This document shows positions 49,701 through 62,600 of a stretch of DNA of 64,000 nucleotides, in pieces. Origin of the DNA: Bugula neritina (Eukaryota > Animalia > Bryozoa); contig OZ037768.1 in NCBI GenBank assembly GCA_964035545.1, forward strand, positions 15,013,675-15,077,674, read 5' to 3'. The notes below the pieces were generated by a model. That model saw only the letters and a program-made list of their open reading frames with translations, searched no databases and was not told the origin of the DNA. The position numbers and the translations under genes were made by a program. How positions within the stretch are numbered: the first letter of the stretch is position 1; each line of letters opens with the position of its first letter.

Positions 49701-52700
49701 AACTACTGAAATATACTGCAACATACTGAAATACGCCGTAACATACTGAAATACACTGCAACATACCGAAATATACTGCATGATACTGCAACATACTGAT
49801 ACACATTGTAAGATACTGAAATGCACTGCAACATACTGAAATATACTGCATGATACTGCAACATACTCATACACATTGTAAGATACTGAAATACACTGCA
49901 ACATACCGCAACATACTGCAACGTATTGAAATACACTGTAACATATTGAAAAACACCGCAACACATTGAAATATACTGCAACATACTGAAACATACGGCA
50001 ACATACTGAAATGTACTGCGACACATTGAAATATAGTGCAACATACTGAAATATGCTGTAGCATACTGAAATACACTGCAATACACTGAAGTATACTGTA
50101 ATATACAGAATTGTACTGTAACATACTGAAACATACGGTAACATACTAAAATATACTGCGACACATTGAAATATACTGCAACATACTGAAATACACCGTA
50201 ACATACTGAAATACACTGCAACATACTGAAATACACTGTAACATATTGAAATACACTGCAACACACTGAAATATACTGAAACATATCGAAATATATGGTA
50301 ACCTACTGAAATATGTTACAAACTACTGAAACATACTGCAACATACTGCAACATAATGAAATATACTGCAACATAATGAAATATACTGCAACATACTGAA
50401 AGATACTGCAAGTTACTGCAAAATACTGAAATACATTGTAAGATACCTAAATACACTGCAACATACTGCAACATACTGCAACGTATTGAAATACACTGTA
50501 ACGTATTGAAAAACACTGCAACACATTGAAATATACTGCAACATACTAAAACATACGGCAACATACTGAAATATACTGCGACACATTGAAATATAGTGCA
50601 ACATACTGAAATATGCTGTAGCATACTGAAATACACTGCAATACACTGAAGTATACTGTAATATACAGAAACGTACTGTAACATACTGAAACATACGGCA
50701 ACATACTAAAATATACTGCGACACATTGAAACATACTGCAACATACTGAAATACACCAAAACATACTAAACTCCCCTGCAACATTCTGAAATACACTGTA
50801 ACACATTGAAATACACTGCAACACAGTGAATTACACTGAAATACATTGTAAGATACGGAAACACACTGCAACATACTGCAACATAATGAAATATATGGTA
50901 ACCTACTGAAATATGTTGAAAACTACTGAAATATACTGCAACATTATGCAACATAATGAAAGATACTGCAATATACTGAAATAAACTGCAAGATACTGCA
51001 ACATACTGAAATACACTGTAACATACTGAAATACACTCTAACATATTGAAATACACTGCGACATACTGCAACATACTGAAAAACGCTGTAACATATTGAA
51101 ATACACTGCAAGACATTGAAATATTCCGCAACATACCGAAATATATGGTAACCTAATGAGATATACTGTAACACGTTGAAGTACACTGCAACATACTGAA
51201 ATACACCGTAACATACTGAAATACACTGCAACATACTGAATTACACTGTCACATATTGAAATACACTGCAACATACTGAAATATACTGCAACATACTGAA
51301 TTACACTGTAACATACTGCAATACACTGCAACATACTGAAATATACTGCATGATACTGCAACATACTCATACACATTGTAAGATACTGAAATACACTGCA
51401 ACATACCGCAACATACTGCAACGTATTGAAATACACTGTAACATATTGAAAAACACTGCAACACATTGAAATATACTGCAACATACTGAAACATACGGCA
51501 ACATACTGAAATGTACTGCGACACATTGAAATATAGTGCAACATACTGAAATATGCTGTAGCATACTGAAATACACTGCAATACACTGAAGTATACTGTA
51601 ATATACAGAAACGTACTGTAACATACTGAAACATACGGCAACATACTACAATATACTGTGACACATTGAAGTATACTGCAACATACTGAAATACACCGTA
51701 ACATACTGAAATACACTGCAACATACTGAATTACACTGTCACATATTGAAATACACTGCAACACACTGAAATATACTGAAACATACCGAAATATATGGTA
51801 ACCTACTGAAATATGTTGCAAACCACTAAAACATACTGCATCATCCTGCAACAAAATGAAATTTACGGTAACACTGAAGCATACTGCAATATACTGAAAT
51901 ATACTGTAACATACTAAGACATACTGCAACATACCGAAAAATATGGTAACCTACTGAAATATGTTACAAACTACTGAAACATACTGCAACATACTGCAAC
52001 ATAATGAAATATACTGCAACATACTGCAAGATACTGCAAAATACTGAAATACATTGTAAGATACCTAAATACACTGCAACATACTGCAACATACTGCAAC
52101 ATATTGAAATACACTGTAACATATTGAAAAGCACTGCAACACATTGAAATATACCGCAACATACCGAAGTATATGGTAGCCTACTGAAATATACTGCGAC
52201 ATACTGAAATACACTGTAACGTACTGAAATACACTGCAACATACTGAAATACACTGTAACATATTAAAATACACTGCAACACACTGAAATATACTGAAAC
52301 ATACTGAAGTATATGATAATCCACTGAAATCTGTTGCAAACCACTGAAACATACTGCAACACACTGCAACATAATGAAATATACTGCAACATAATGAAAT
52401 ATACTGCAACATACTGAAAGATACTGCAAGTTACTGCAAAATACTGAAATACATTGTAAGATACCTAAATACACTGCAACATACTGCAACATACTGCAAC
52501 GTATTGAAATACACTGTAACATATTGAAGAACACTGCAACACGTTGAAATATACTGTAACATACTAAAACATACGGCAACATTCTGAAATACACTGTAAC
52601 ACATTGAAATACACTGCAACACAGTGAATTACACTGAAATACATTGTAAGATACGGAAACACACTGCAACATACTGCAACATAATGAAATATATGATAAC

Positions 52701-55700
52701 CTACTGAAATATGTTGAAAACTACTGAAATATACTGCAACATTATGCAACATAATGAAAGATACTGCAATATACTGAAATAAACTGCAAGATACTGCAAC
52801 ATACTGAAATACACTGTAACATACTGAAATACACTGTAACATATTGAAATACACTGCGACATACTGCAACATACTGAAAAACGCTGTAACATATTGAAAT
52901 ACACTGCAACACATTGAAATATTCCGCAACATACCGAAATATATGGTAACCTAATGAGATATACTGTAACACGTTGAAGTACACTGCAATATACTGAAAT
53001 ACACTGCAACATACTGAAATACACTGTAACATATTGAAATACACTGCAACACACTGAAATATACTGAAACATACCGAAATATATGGTAACCTACTGAAAT
53101 ATGTTGCAAACCACTGAAACATACTTCATCATCCTGCAACAAAATGAAATATACGGTACACTGAAGCATACTGCAATATACTGAAATATACTGTAACATA
53201 CTAAGACATACTGCAACATACCGAAAAATATGGTAACCTACTGAAATATGTTACAAACTACTGAAACATACTGCAACATACTGCAACATAATGAAATATA
53301 CTGCAACATACTGCAAGATACTGCAAAATACTGAAATACATTGTAAGATACCTAAATACACTGCAACATACTGCAACATACTGCAACATATTGAAATACA
53401 CTGTAACATATTGAAAAACACTGCAACACATTGAAATATACCGCAACATACCGAAGTATATGGTAGCCTACTGAAATATACTGCGACATACTGAAATACA
53501 CTGTAACGTACTGAAATACACTGCAACATACTGAAATACACTGTAACATATTAAAATACACTGCAACACACTGAAATATACTGAAACATACTGAAGTATA
53601 TGATAACCCACTGAAATCTGTTGCAAACCACTGAAACATACTGCAACACACTGCAACATAATGAAATATACTGCAACATAATGAAATATACTGCAACATA
53701 CTGAAAGATACTGCAAGTTACTGCAAAATACTGAAATACATTGTAAGATACCTAAATACACTGCAACATACTGCAACATACTGCAACGTATTGAAATACA
53801 CTGTAACATATTGAAGAACACTGCAACACGTTGAAATATACTGTAACATACTAAAACATACGGCAACATTCTGAAATACACTGTAACACATTGAAATACA
53901 CTGCAACACAGTGAATTACACTGAAATACATTGTAAGATACGGAAACACACTGCAACATACTGCAACATAATGAAATATATGGTAACCTACTGAAATATG
54001 TTGAAAACTACTGAAATATACTGCAACATTATGCAACATAATGAAAGATACTGCAATATACTGAAATAAACTGCAAGATACTGCAACATACTGAAATACA
54101 CTGTAACACACTGAAATACACTGTAACATATTGAAATACACTGCGACATACTGCAACATACTGAAAAACGCTGTAACATATTGAAATACACTGCAACACA
54201 TTGAAATATTCCGCAACATACCGAAATATATGGTAACCTAATGAGATATACTGTAACACGTTGAAGTACACTGCAATATACTGAAATACACTGCAACATA
54301 CTGAAATACACTGTAACATATTGAAATACACTGCAACACACTGAAATATACTGAAACATACCGAAATATATGGTAACCTACTGAAATATGTTGCAAACCA
54401 CTGAAACATACTTCATCATCCTGCAACAAAATGAAATATACGGTACACTGAAGCATACTGCAATATACTGAAATATACTGTAACATACTAAGACATACTG
54501 CAACATACTAAAAAATATGGTAACCTACTGAAATATGTTACAAACTACTGAAACATACTGCAACATACTGCAACATAATGAAATATACTGCAACATACTG
54601 AAAGATACTGCAACTTACTGAAATACACTATAGAATACCCAAATATACTGCAACATACTGAAATATACTGCAAGATACTGCAAAATACTGAAATACATTG
54701 TAAGATACCTAAATACACTGCAACATACTGCAACATACTGCAACATATTGAAATACACTGTAACATATTGAAAAACACTGCAACACATTGAAATATACCG
54801 CAACATACCGAAGTATATGGTAGCCTACTGAAATATACTGCGACATACTGAAATACACTGTAACGTACTGAAATACACTGCAACATACTGAAATACACTG
54901 TAACATATTAAAATACACTGCAACATAATGGAATATAAGATAACCTACTGAAATATGTTGAAAACTACTGAAATATACTACAACATAATGCAACATAATG
55001 AAAGATACTGCAACATACTGAAATAAACTGCAAGATACTGCAACATACTGAAATACACTGCAACACACTGAAGTATACTGTAATATACAGAAATGTACTG
55101 TAAAATACTGAAATATACTTCAACATACTGAAAAATACCTAAAAATATTGAACATACTGATATACACTGAAACATACTGAAATACAATGCAACACATTGG
55201 AATATACTGCAACATACCGAAATATATGGTAACCTACTGAAGTATATTGCAAACTACTGAAATATACTGCAACATACTGAAATACGCCGTAACATACTGA
55301 AATACACTGCAACATACCGAAACATACTGCATGATACTGCAACATACTGATACACATTGTAAGATACTGAAATGCACTGCAACATACTGAAATATACTGC
55401 ATGATACTGCAACATACTCATACACATTGTAAGATACTGAAATACACTGCAACATACCGCAACATACTGCAACGTATTGAAATACACTGTAACATATTGA
55501 AAAACACTGCAACACATTGAAATATACTGCAACATACTGAAACATACGGCAACATACTGAAATGTACTGCGACACATTGAAATATAGTGCAACATACTGA
55601 AATATGCTGTAGCATACTGAAATACACTGCAATACACTGAAGTATACTGTAATATACAGAATTGTACTGTAACATACTGAAACATACGGTAACATACTAA

Positions 55701-55868
55701 AATATACTGCGACACATTGAAATATACTGCAACATACTGAAATACACCGTAACATACTGAAATACACTGCAACATACTGAAATACACTGTAACATATTGA
55801 AATACACTGCAACACACTGAAATATACTGAAACATACCGAAATATATGGTAACCTACTGAAATATGTT
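44747..55868. repeat. Higher-order tandem duplication, 2 x 5551 bp
   Basis: ORF twins at a constant offset of 5551 (44765/50316, 46413/51964, 48994/54545, 49867/55418). The junction lies within a shared 20-mer, GTAACCTACTGAAATATGTT, at 44747, 50298 and 55849. Confidence 0.94.
46320..49049. repeat. Nested tandem duplication, ~2 x 1287 bp (repeated again at ~51871-54600)
   Basis: ORF twins 46413/47700 and 51964/53251. Diagnostic TACGGTACACTG variant at 47601, 48888, 53152 and 54439. Confidence 0.9.
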
Positions 55869-55891
55869 GCAAACCACTGAAACATACTGCA

Positions 55892-55893
55892 TC
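55892..55893 (+). other. 2-bp target-site duplication TC (second copy at 56651-56652)
   Basis: Filled site CTGCA-TC-[element]-TC-ATCCTGCAAC versus empty site CTGCA-TC-ATCCTGCAAC. Confidence 0.92.
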
Positions 55894-55912
55894 CACAGGA
55901 TAGTTAAGGGCA
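55894..55912 (+). repeat. Left TIR CACAGGATAGTTAAGGGCA
   Basis: Exact reverse complement of 56632-56650. After one mismatch, CCT also pairs (22/23). Confidence 0.97.
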
Positions 55913-55964
55913 ACCTTTTAGCTGCAACTGCCTTGCTGAGGTTTGCATTGTAATCATATAAGAA

Positions 55965-56241
55965 TTCAGTACCAGTAAAATAAAATCTCACCTAATTGTG
56001 CTAGAGTCAAAATTCAAAAACTATGTTGTAGATCTTCTTTTTCCCCAGTGTAAGTTTTTTGGAAATTTCAATTTTCATTTTTTTTGCAAAGTTATAGACA
56101 AAAAACTGCCCCAATTTTGGCCAATTTTGCCAGAAAAGCTGACTTTTCAGTACCAGTAAAATATCTCAGCAGCAAAACATGGTATCTGAACAAAAATTGC
56201 ACTGCTGGAATCCTAAGATATTTCTCCAGTGCAAGTTTTTT
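55965..56241 (+). repeat. Diverged internal direct repeat of the transposon, period 181 bp
   Basis: TTCAGTACCAGTAAAATA at 55965-55982 and 56146-56163. CCAGTG(T/C)AAGTTTTTT at 56045-56060 and 56226-56241. Both pairs are exactly 181 bp apart. Confidence 0.85.
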
Positions 56242-56631
56242 TCTTTTTCCAATAACTTAGCTAGATTGCTCATAAATTGGTGATTTATACACTGAAAATG
56301 TCATATTTTTTCATAAGAAACTAGCAGCGCGCAGTGCTTCACGCTTCAATGAGCACGTAGGGATGAGAAGATATTGGCGCGTACATAATAATTACAGGCT
56401 TGCTAGCTGGCAGGCTATTATGAATAGCTTGCTTGGTGCTTTGTTTATGTAGCACCCATAATGGAATGTTGATAGATGACGCAGCTCTATTGAAGGTTGC
56501 TGCTTATTGGTTGTAGTTTAATCTTAGGCTAAACAATTGCAAGTAGGCAACACGCATGCCACCCGCAAAGCAATATTATTCAAGAACCTGAACTACATTT
56601 TGAGAGAAATTTATGATATTCTTGCTGAGGA

Positions 56632-56650
56632 TGCCCTTAACTATCCTGTG
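56632..56650 (-). repeat. Right TIR (TGCCCTTAACTATCCTGTG on + strand)
   Basis: Exact reverse complement of 55894-55912. Confidence 0.97.
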
Positions 56651-59600
56651 TCATCCTGCAACAAAATGAAATATACGGTAACACTGAAGCATACTGCAAT
56701 ATACTGAAATATACTGTAACATACTAAGACATACTGCAACATACCAAAAAATATGGTAACCTACTGAAATATGTTACAAACTACTGAAACATACTGCAAC
56801 ATACTGCAACATAATGACATATACTGCAACATAATGAAATATACTGCAACATACTGAAATATACTGCAAGATACTGCAAAATACTGAAATACATTGTAAG
56901 ATACCTAAATACACTGCAACATACTGCAACATACTGCAACATATTGAAATACACTGTAACATATTGAAAAACACTGCAACACATTGAAATATACCGCAAC
57001 ATACCGAAGTATATGGTAGCCTACTGAAATATACTGCGACATACTGAAATACACTGTAACGTACTGAAATACACTGCAACATACTGAAATACACTGTAAC
57101 ATATTAAAATACACTGCAACACACTGAAATATACTGAAACATACCGAAATATATGGTAACCCACTGAAATATGTTGCAAACCACTGAAATATACTGCAAC
57201 ATACTGCAACATAATGAAGTATACTGCAACAGACTGAAATATACTGCAACATACTGAAATACACTGTAACATATTGAAATACACTGCAACACACTGAAAT
57301 ATACTGAAACATACCGAAATATATGGTAACCTACTGAAGTATGTTGCAAACCACTGAAACATACTGCTTCATCCTGCAACAAAATGAAGTATACGGTAAC
57401 ACTGAAGCATACTGCAACATACTGTAACATACTAAGACATACTGCAACATACCGAAAAATATGGTAACCTACTGAAATATGTTACAAACTATTGAAATAT
57501 ACTGCAGCATACTGCAACATAATGAAATATACTGCAACATACTGAAAGATACTGCAACATACTGAAATACACTATAGAATACCGAAATATACAGCAACAT
57601 ACTGAAATATACTGCAAGATACTGCAAAATACTGAAATACATTGTAAGATACCTAAACACACTGCAACATACTGCAACATACTGCAACATATTGAAATAC
57701 TCTGTAACATATTGAAAAACACTGCAACACATTTAAATATACCGCAACATACCGAAGTACATGGTAGCCTACTGAAATGTACTGCGACATACTGAAATAC
57801 ACTGTAACGTACTAAAATACATTGCAACATACTGAAATACACTGTAACATATTAAAATACACTGCAACACACTGAAATATACTGAAACATACCGAAATAT
57901 ATGGTAACCCACTGAAATATGTTGCAAACCACTGAAATATACAGCAACATACTGCAACATAATGGAGTATACTGCAACAGACTGAAATATACGGCAAGAA
58001 ACTGCAACACACTGAAATACACTGTAACATACTGAAGTACACTGCAACATACTGAAATATACTGCATGTAACTGCAACATACTGATACACATTGTAAGAT
58101 ACTGGAATACACTGCAACATACCGCAACATACTGCAACGTATTGAAATACGCTGTAACATATTGAAAAACACTGCAACACATTGAAATATACTGCAACAT
58201 ACTGAAACATACGGCAACATACTGAAATATACTGCGACACATTGAAATATAGTGCAACATACTGCAAGATACTGCAAAGTGCTGAAATACACTGCAACAC
58301 ACTGAAGTATACTGTAATATACAGAAATGTACTGTAAAATACTGAAATATACTTCAACATACTGAAAACTACCTAAAAATATTGAAAAAAACTGATATAC
58401 ACTGAAACATACTGAAATACACTGCAACACATTGGAATATACTGCAACATACTGAAATATATGGTAACCTACTGAAGTATGTTGCAAACAACTAAAATAT
58501 ACAGCAACATACTGAAATACGCCGTAACATACTGAAATACACTGCAACATACTGAAATACACTGTAACAAATTGAAATACACTGCAACACACTGAAATAT
58601 ACTGAAACATACCGAAATATATGGTAACCTACTGAAATATGTTGCAAACCACTGAAACATACTGCATAATCCTGCAACAAAATGAAATAAACGGTAACAC
58701 TGAAGCATACTGCAATATACTGAAATATACTGTAACATACTAAGACATACTGCAACATACCGAAATATATGGTAACCTACTGAAATATGTTGCAAACGAC
58801 TGAAATATACTGCAACATACTGCAACATATTGAAGTATACTGCAACATACTGAAATATACTGCAAGATACTGCAACATACTGATATACACTGTAACATAC
58901 TGAAATACACTGCAACATACTGAAATATACTGCAAGATACTGCAACATACTGAAACACATTGTAAGATACTGAAATGCACTGCAACATACCGCAGCATAC
59001 TGCAACGTATTGAAATACACTGTAACATATTGAAAAACACTGCAACACATTGAAATATACTGCAACATACTAAAACATACGGCAATATACTGAAATGTAC
59101 TGCGACACATTGAAATATAGTGCAACATACTGAAATATGCTGTAGCATACTGAAATACACTGCAATACACTCAAGTATACTGTATTATACAGAAACGTAC
59201 TGTAACATACTGAAACATACGGCAACATACTAAAATATACTGCGACACATTGAAACATACTGCAACATACTGAAATACACCAAAACATACTAAACTCCAC
59301 TGCAACATTCTGAAATACACTGTAACACATTGAAATACACTGCAACACAGTGAATTACACTGAAATACATTGTAAGATACGGAAACACACTGCAACATAC
59401 TGCAACATAATGAAATATATGGTAACCTACTGAAATATGTTGAAAACTACTGAAATATACTGCAACATTATGCAACATAATGAAAGATACTGCAACATAC
59501 TGAAATAAACTGCAAGATACTGCAACATACTGAAATACACTGTAACATACTGAAATACACTGTAACATATTGAAATACACTGCAACACACTGAAATATAC

Positions 59601-62600
59601 TGAAACATACCGATATATATGGTAACCTACTGAAATATGTTACAAACTACTGAAACATACTGCAACATACTGCAACATAATGAAATATACTGCAACATAC
59701 TGAAAGATACTGCAACATACTGAAATACACTGTAACATACTGAAATACACTTTAACATATTCAAATACACTGCGACATACTGCAACATACTGAAAAACGC
59801 TGTAACATATTGAAAAACACTGCAACACATTGAAATATACTGCAACACGGTGAAACATACGGCAACATACTGAAATATACTGCGACACATTGAAATATAG
59901 TGCAACATACTGAATTATGCTGTAGCATACTGAAATACACTGCAATTCACTGAAATATACTGTAATATACAGAAACGTACTGTAACATACTGAAACATAC
60001 GGCAACATACTAAAATGTACTGCGACACATTGAAATATACTGCAACATACTGAAATACACCGTAACATACTAAACTCCGCTGCAACATTCTGAAATACAC
60101 TGTAACACATTGAAATACACTGCAACACATTGAATTATACTGAAATACATTGTAAGATACTGAAATACACTGCAAGATACTGCAACATAATGGAATATAT
60201 GGTAACCTACTGAAATATGTTGAAAACTACTGAAATATACTGCAACATAATGCAACATAATGAAAGATACTGCAACATACTGAAATAAACTGCAAGATAC
60301 TGCAACATACTGAAATACACTGCAACACACTGAAGTATACTGTAATATACAGAAATGTACTGTAAAATACTGAAATATACTTCATTATACTGAAAATACC
60401 TAAAAACATTGAAACATACTGATATACACTGAAACATACTGAAATACACTGCATCACATTGGAATATACTGCAACATGCCGAAATATATGGTAACCTACT
60501 GAAGTATGTTGCAAACTACTGAAATATACTGCAACATACTGAAATACGCCGTAACATACTGAAATACACTGCAACATACTGGAATACATCGTAACAAATT
60601 GAAATACACTGCAACACACTGAAATATACTGAAACATACCGAAATATATGGTAACCTACTGAAATATGTTGCAAACCACTGAAACATACTGCATCATCCT
60701 GCAACAGAATGAAATATACGGTAACACTGAAGCATACTGCAATATACTGAAATATACTGTAACATACTAAGACATACTGCAACATACCGAAATATATGGT
60801 AACCTACTGAAATATGTTGCAAACGACTGAAATATACTGCCACATATTGAAGTATACTGCAACATACTGAAATATACTGCAAGATACTGCAACATACTGA
60901 TATACACTGTAACATACTGAAATACACTGCAACATACTGAAATATACTGCAAGATACTGCAACATACTGAAACACATTGTAAGATACTGAAATGCACTGC
61001 AACATACCGCAGCATACTGCAACGTATTGAAATACACTGTAACATATTGAAAAACACTGCAACACATTGAAATATACTGCAACATACTAAAACATACGGC
61101 AATATACTGAAATGTACTGCGACACATTGAAATATAGTGCAACATACTGAAATATGCTGTAGCATACTGAAATACACTGCAATACACTCAAGTATACTGT
61201 AATATACAGAAACGTACTGTAACATACTGAAACATACGGCAACATACTAAAATATACTGCGACACATTGAAACATACTGCAACATACTGAAATACACCAA
61301 AACATACTAAACTCCACTGCAACATTCTGAAATACACTGTAACACATTGAAATACACTGCAACACAGTGAATTACACTGAAATACATTGTAAGATACGGA
61401 AACACACTGCAACATACTGCAACATAATGAAATATATGGTAACCTACTGAAATATGTTGAAAACTACTGAAATATACTGCAACATTATGCAACATAATGA
61501 AAGATACTGCAACATACTGAAATAAACTGCAAGATACTGCAACATACTGAAATACACTGTAACATACTGAAATACACTGTAACATATTGAAATACACTGC
61601 AACACACTGAAATATACTGAAACATACCGATATATATGGTAACCTACTGAAATATGTTACAAACTACTGAAACATACTGCAACATACTGCAACATAATGA
61701 AATATACTGCAACATACTGAAAGATACTGCAACATACTGAAATACACTGTAACACATTGAAATACACTGCAACACATTGAATTATACTGAAATACATTGT
61801 AAGATACTGAAATACACTGCAAGATACTGCAACATAATGGAATATATGGTAACCTACTGAAATATGTTGAAAACTACTGAAATATACTGCAACATAATGC
61901 AACATAATGAAAGATACTGCAACATACTGAAATAAACTGCAAGATACTGCAACATACTGAAATACACTGCAACACACTGAAGTATAGTGTAATATACAGA
62001 AATGTACTGTAAAATACTGAAATATACTTCATTATACTGAAAATACCTAAAAACATTGAAACATACTGATATACACTGAAACATACTGAAATACACTGCA
62101 TCACATTGGAATATACTGCAACATGCCGAAATATATGGTAACCTACTGAAGTATGTTGCAAACTACTGAAATATACTGCAACATACTGAAATACGCCGTA
62201 ACATACTGAAATACACTGCAACATACTGGAATACATCGTAACAAATTGAAATACACTGCAACACACTGAAATATACTGAAACATACCGAAATATATGGTA
62301 ACCTACTGAAATATGTTGCAAACCACTGAAACATACTGCATCATCCTGCAACAGAATGAAATATACGGTAACACTGAAGCATACTGCAATATACTGAAAT
62401 ATACTGTAACATACTAAGACATACTGCAACATACCGAAATATATGGTAACCTACTGAAATATGTTGCAAACGACTGAAATATACTGCCACATATTGAAGT
62501 ATACTGCAACATACTGAAATATACTGCAAGATACTGCAACATACTGAAATACACTGTAACATACTGAAATACACTGCAAGATACTGAAATATACTGCAAG

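Larger units (their letters stand above)
1..55893. repeat. 10-bp-monomer satellite array, left arm (runs off the left window edge)
   Basis: Continuous head-to-tail A(T/C)ACTG(CAAC/AAAT/TAAC) monomers. Columns stay aligned in the 10-base blocks for hundreds of bp. One orientation throughout; the + strand is A-rich and G-poor. Confidence 0.99.
55894..56650. mobile_element. 757-bp non-autonomous TIR DNA transposon (MITE-like), probably CMC/EnSpm (CACTA) group
   Basis: The only non-satellite sequence in the window. Perfect 19-bp terminal inverted repeats with CAC...GTG ends. The 2-bp TSD (TC) is defined by comparison with the many empty-site modules (CTGCATCATCCTGCAAC). No ORF in the track. The superfamily call rests only on the termini and TSD length. 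Confidence 0.9.

Noticed and set aside
56111-56428. Small structures in the element: CCAATTTTG x2 (56111-56130) and 6-bp hairpins at 56133-56148 and 56414-56428
   Set aside because: They are too short to distinguish from chance in AT-rich sequence.
55904-56640. piggyBac/Kolobok-type element bounded by TTAA (TTAA-GGGCA...TGCCC-TTAA)
   Set aside because: The TTAA lies inside a longer perfect inverted repeat, and the empty site shows that the insertion begins at CACAGG with a TC duplication. The TTAA model would need a separate 24-bp palindrome to have inserted first. piggyBac ends would also read CCC, not GGG, after TTAA.
55894-56650. Transposase remnant, tRNA/SINE head or other RNA gene inside the insertion
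   Set aside because: There is no ORF in the track and I recognise no Pol III boxes, cloverleaf or poly-A tail. A translated search would be needed to exclude a short degraded fragment.
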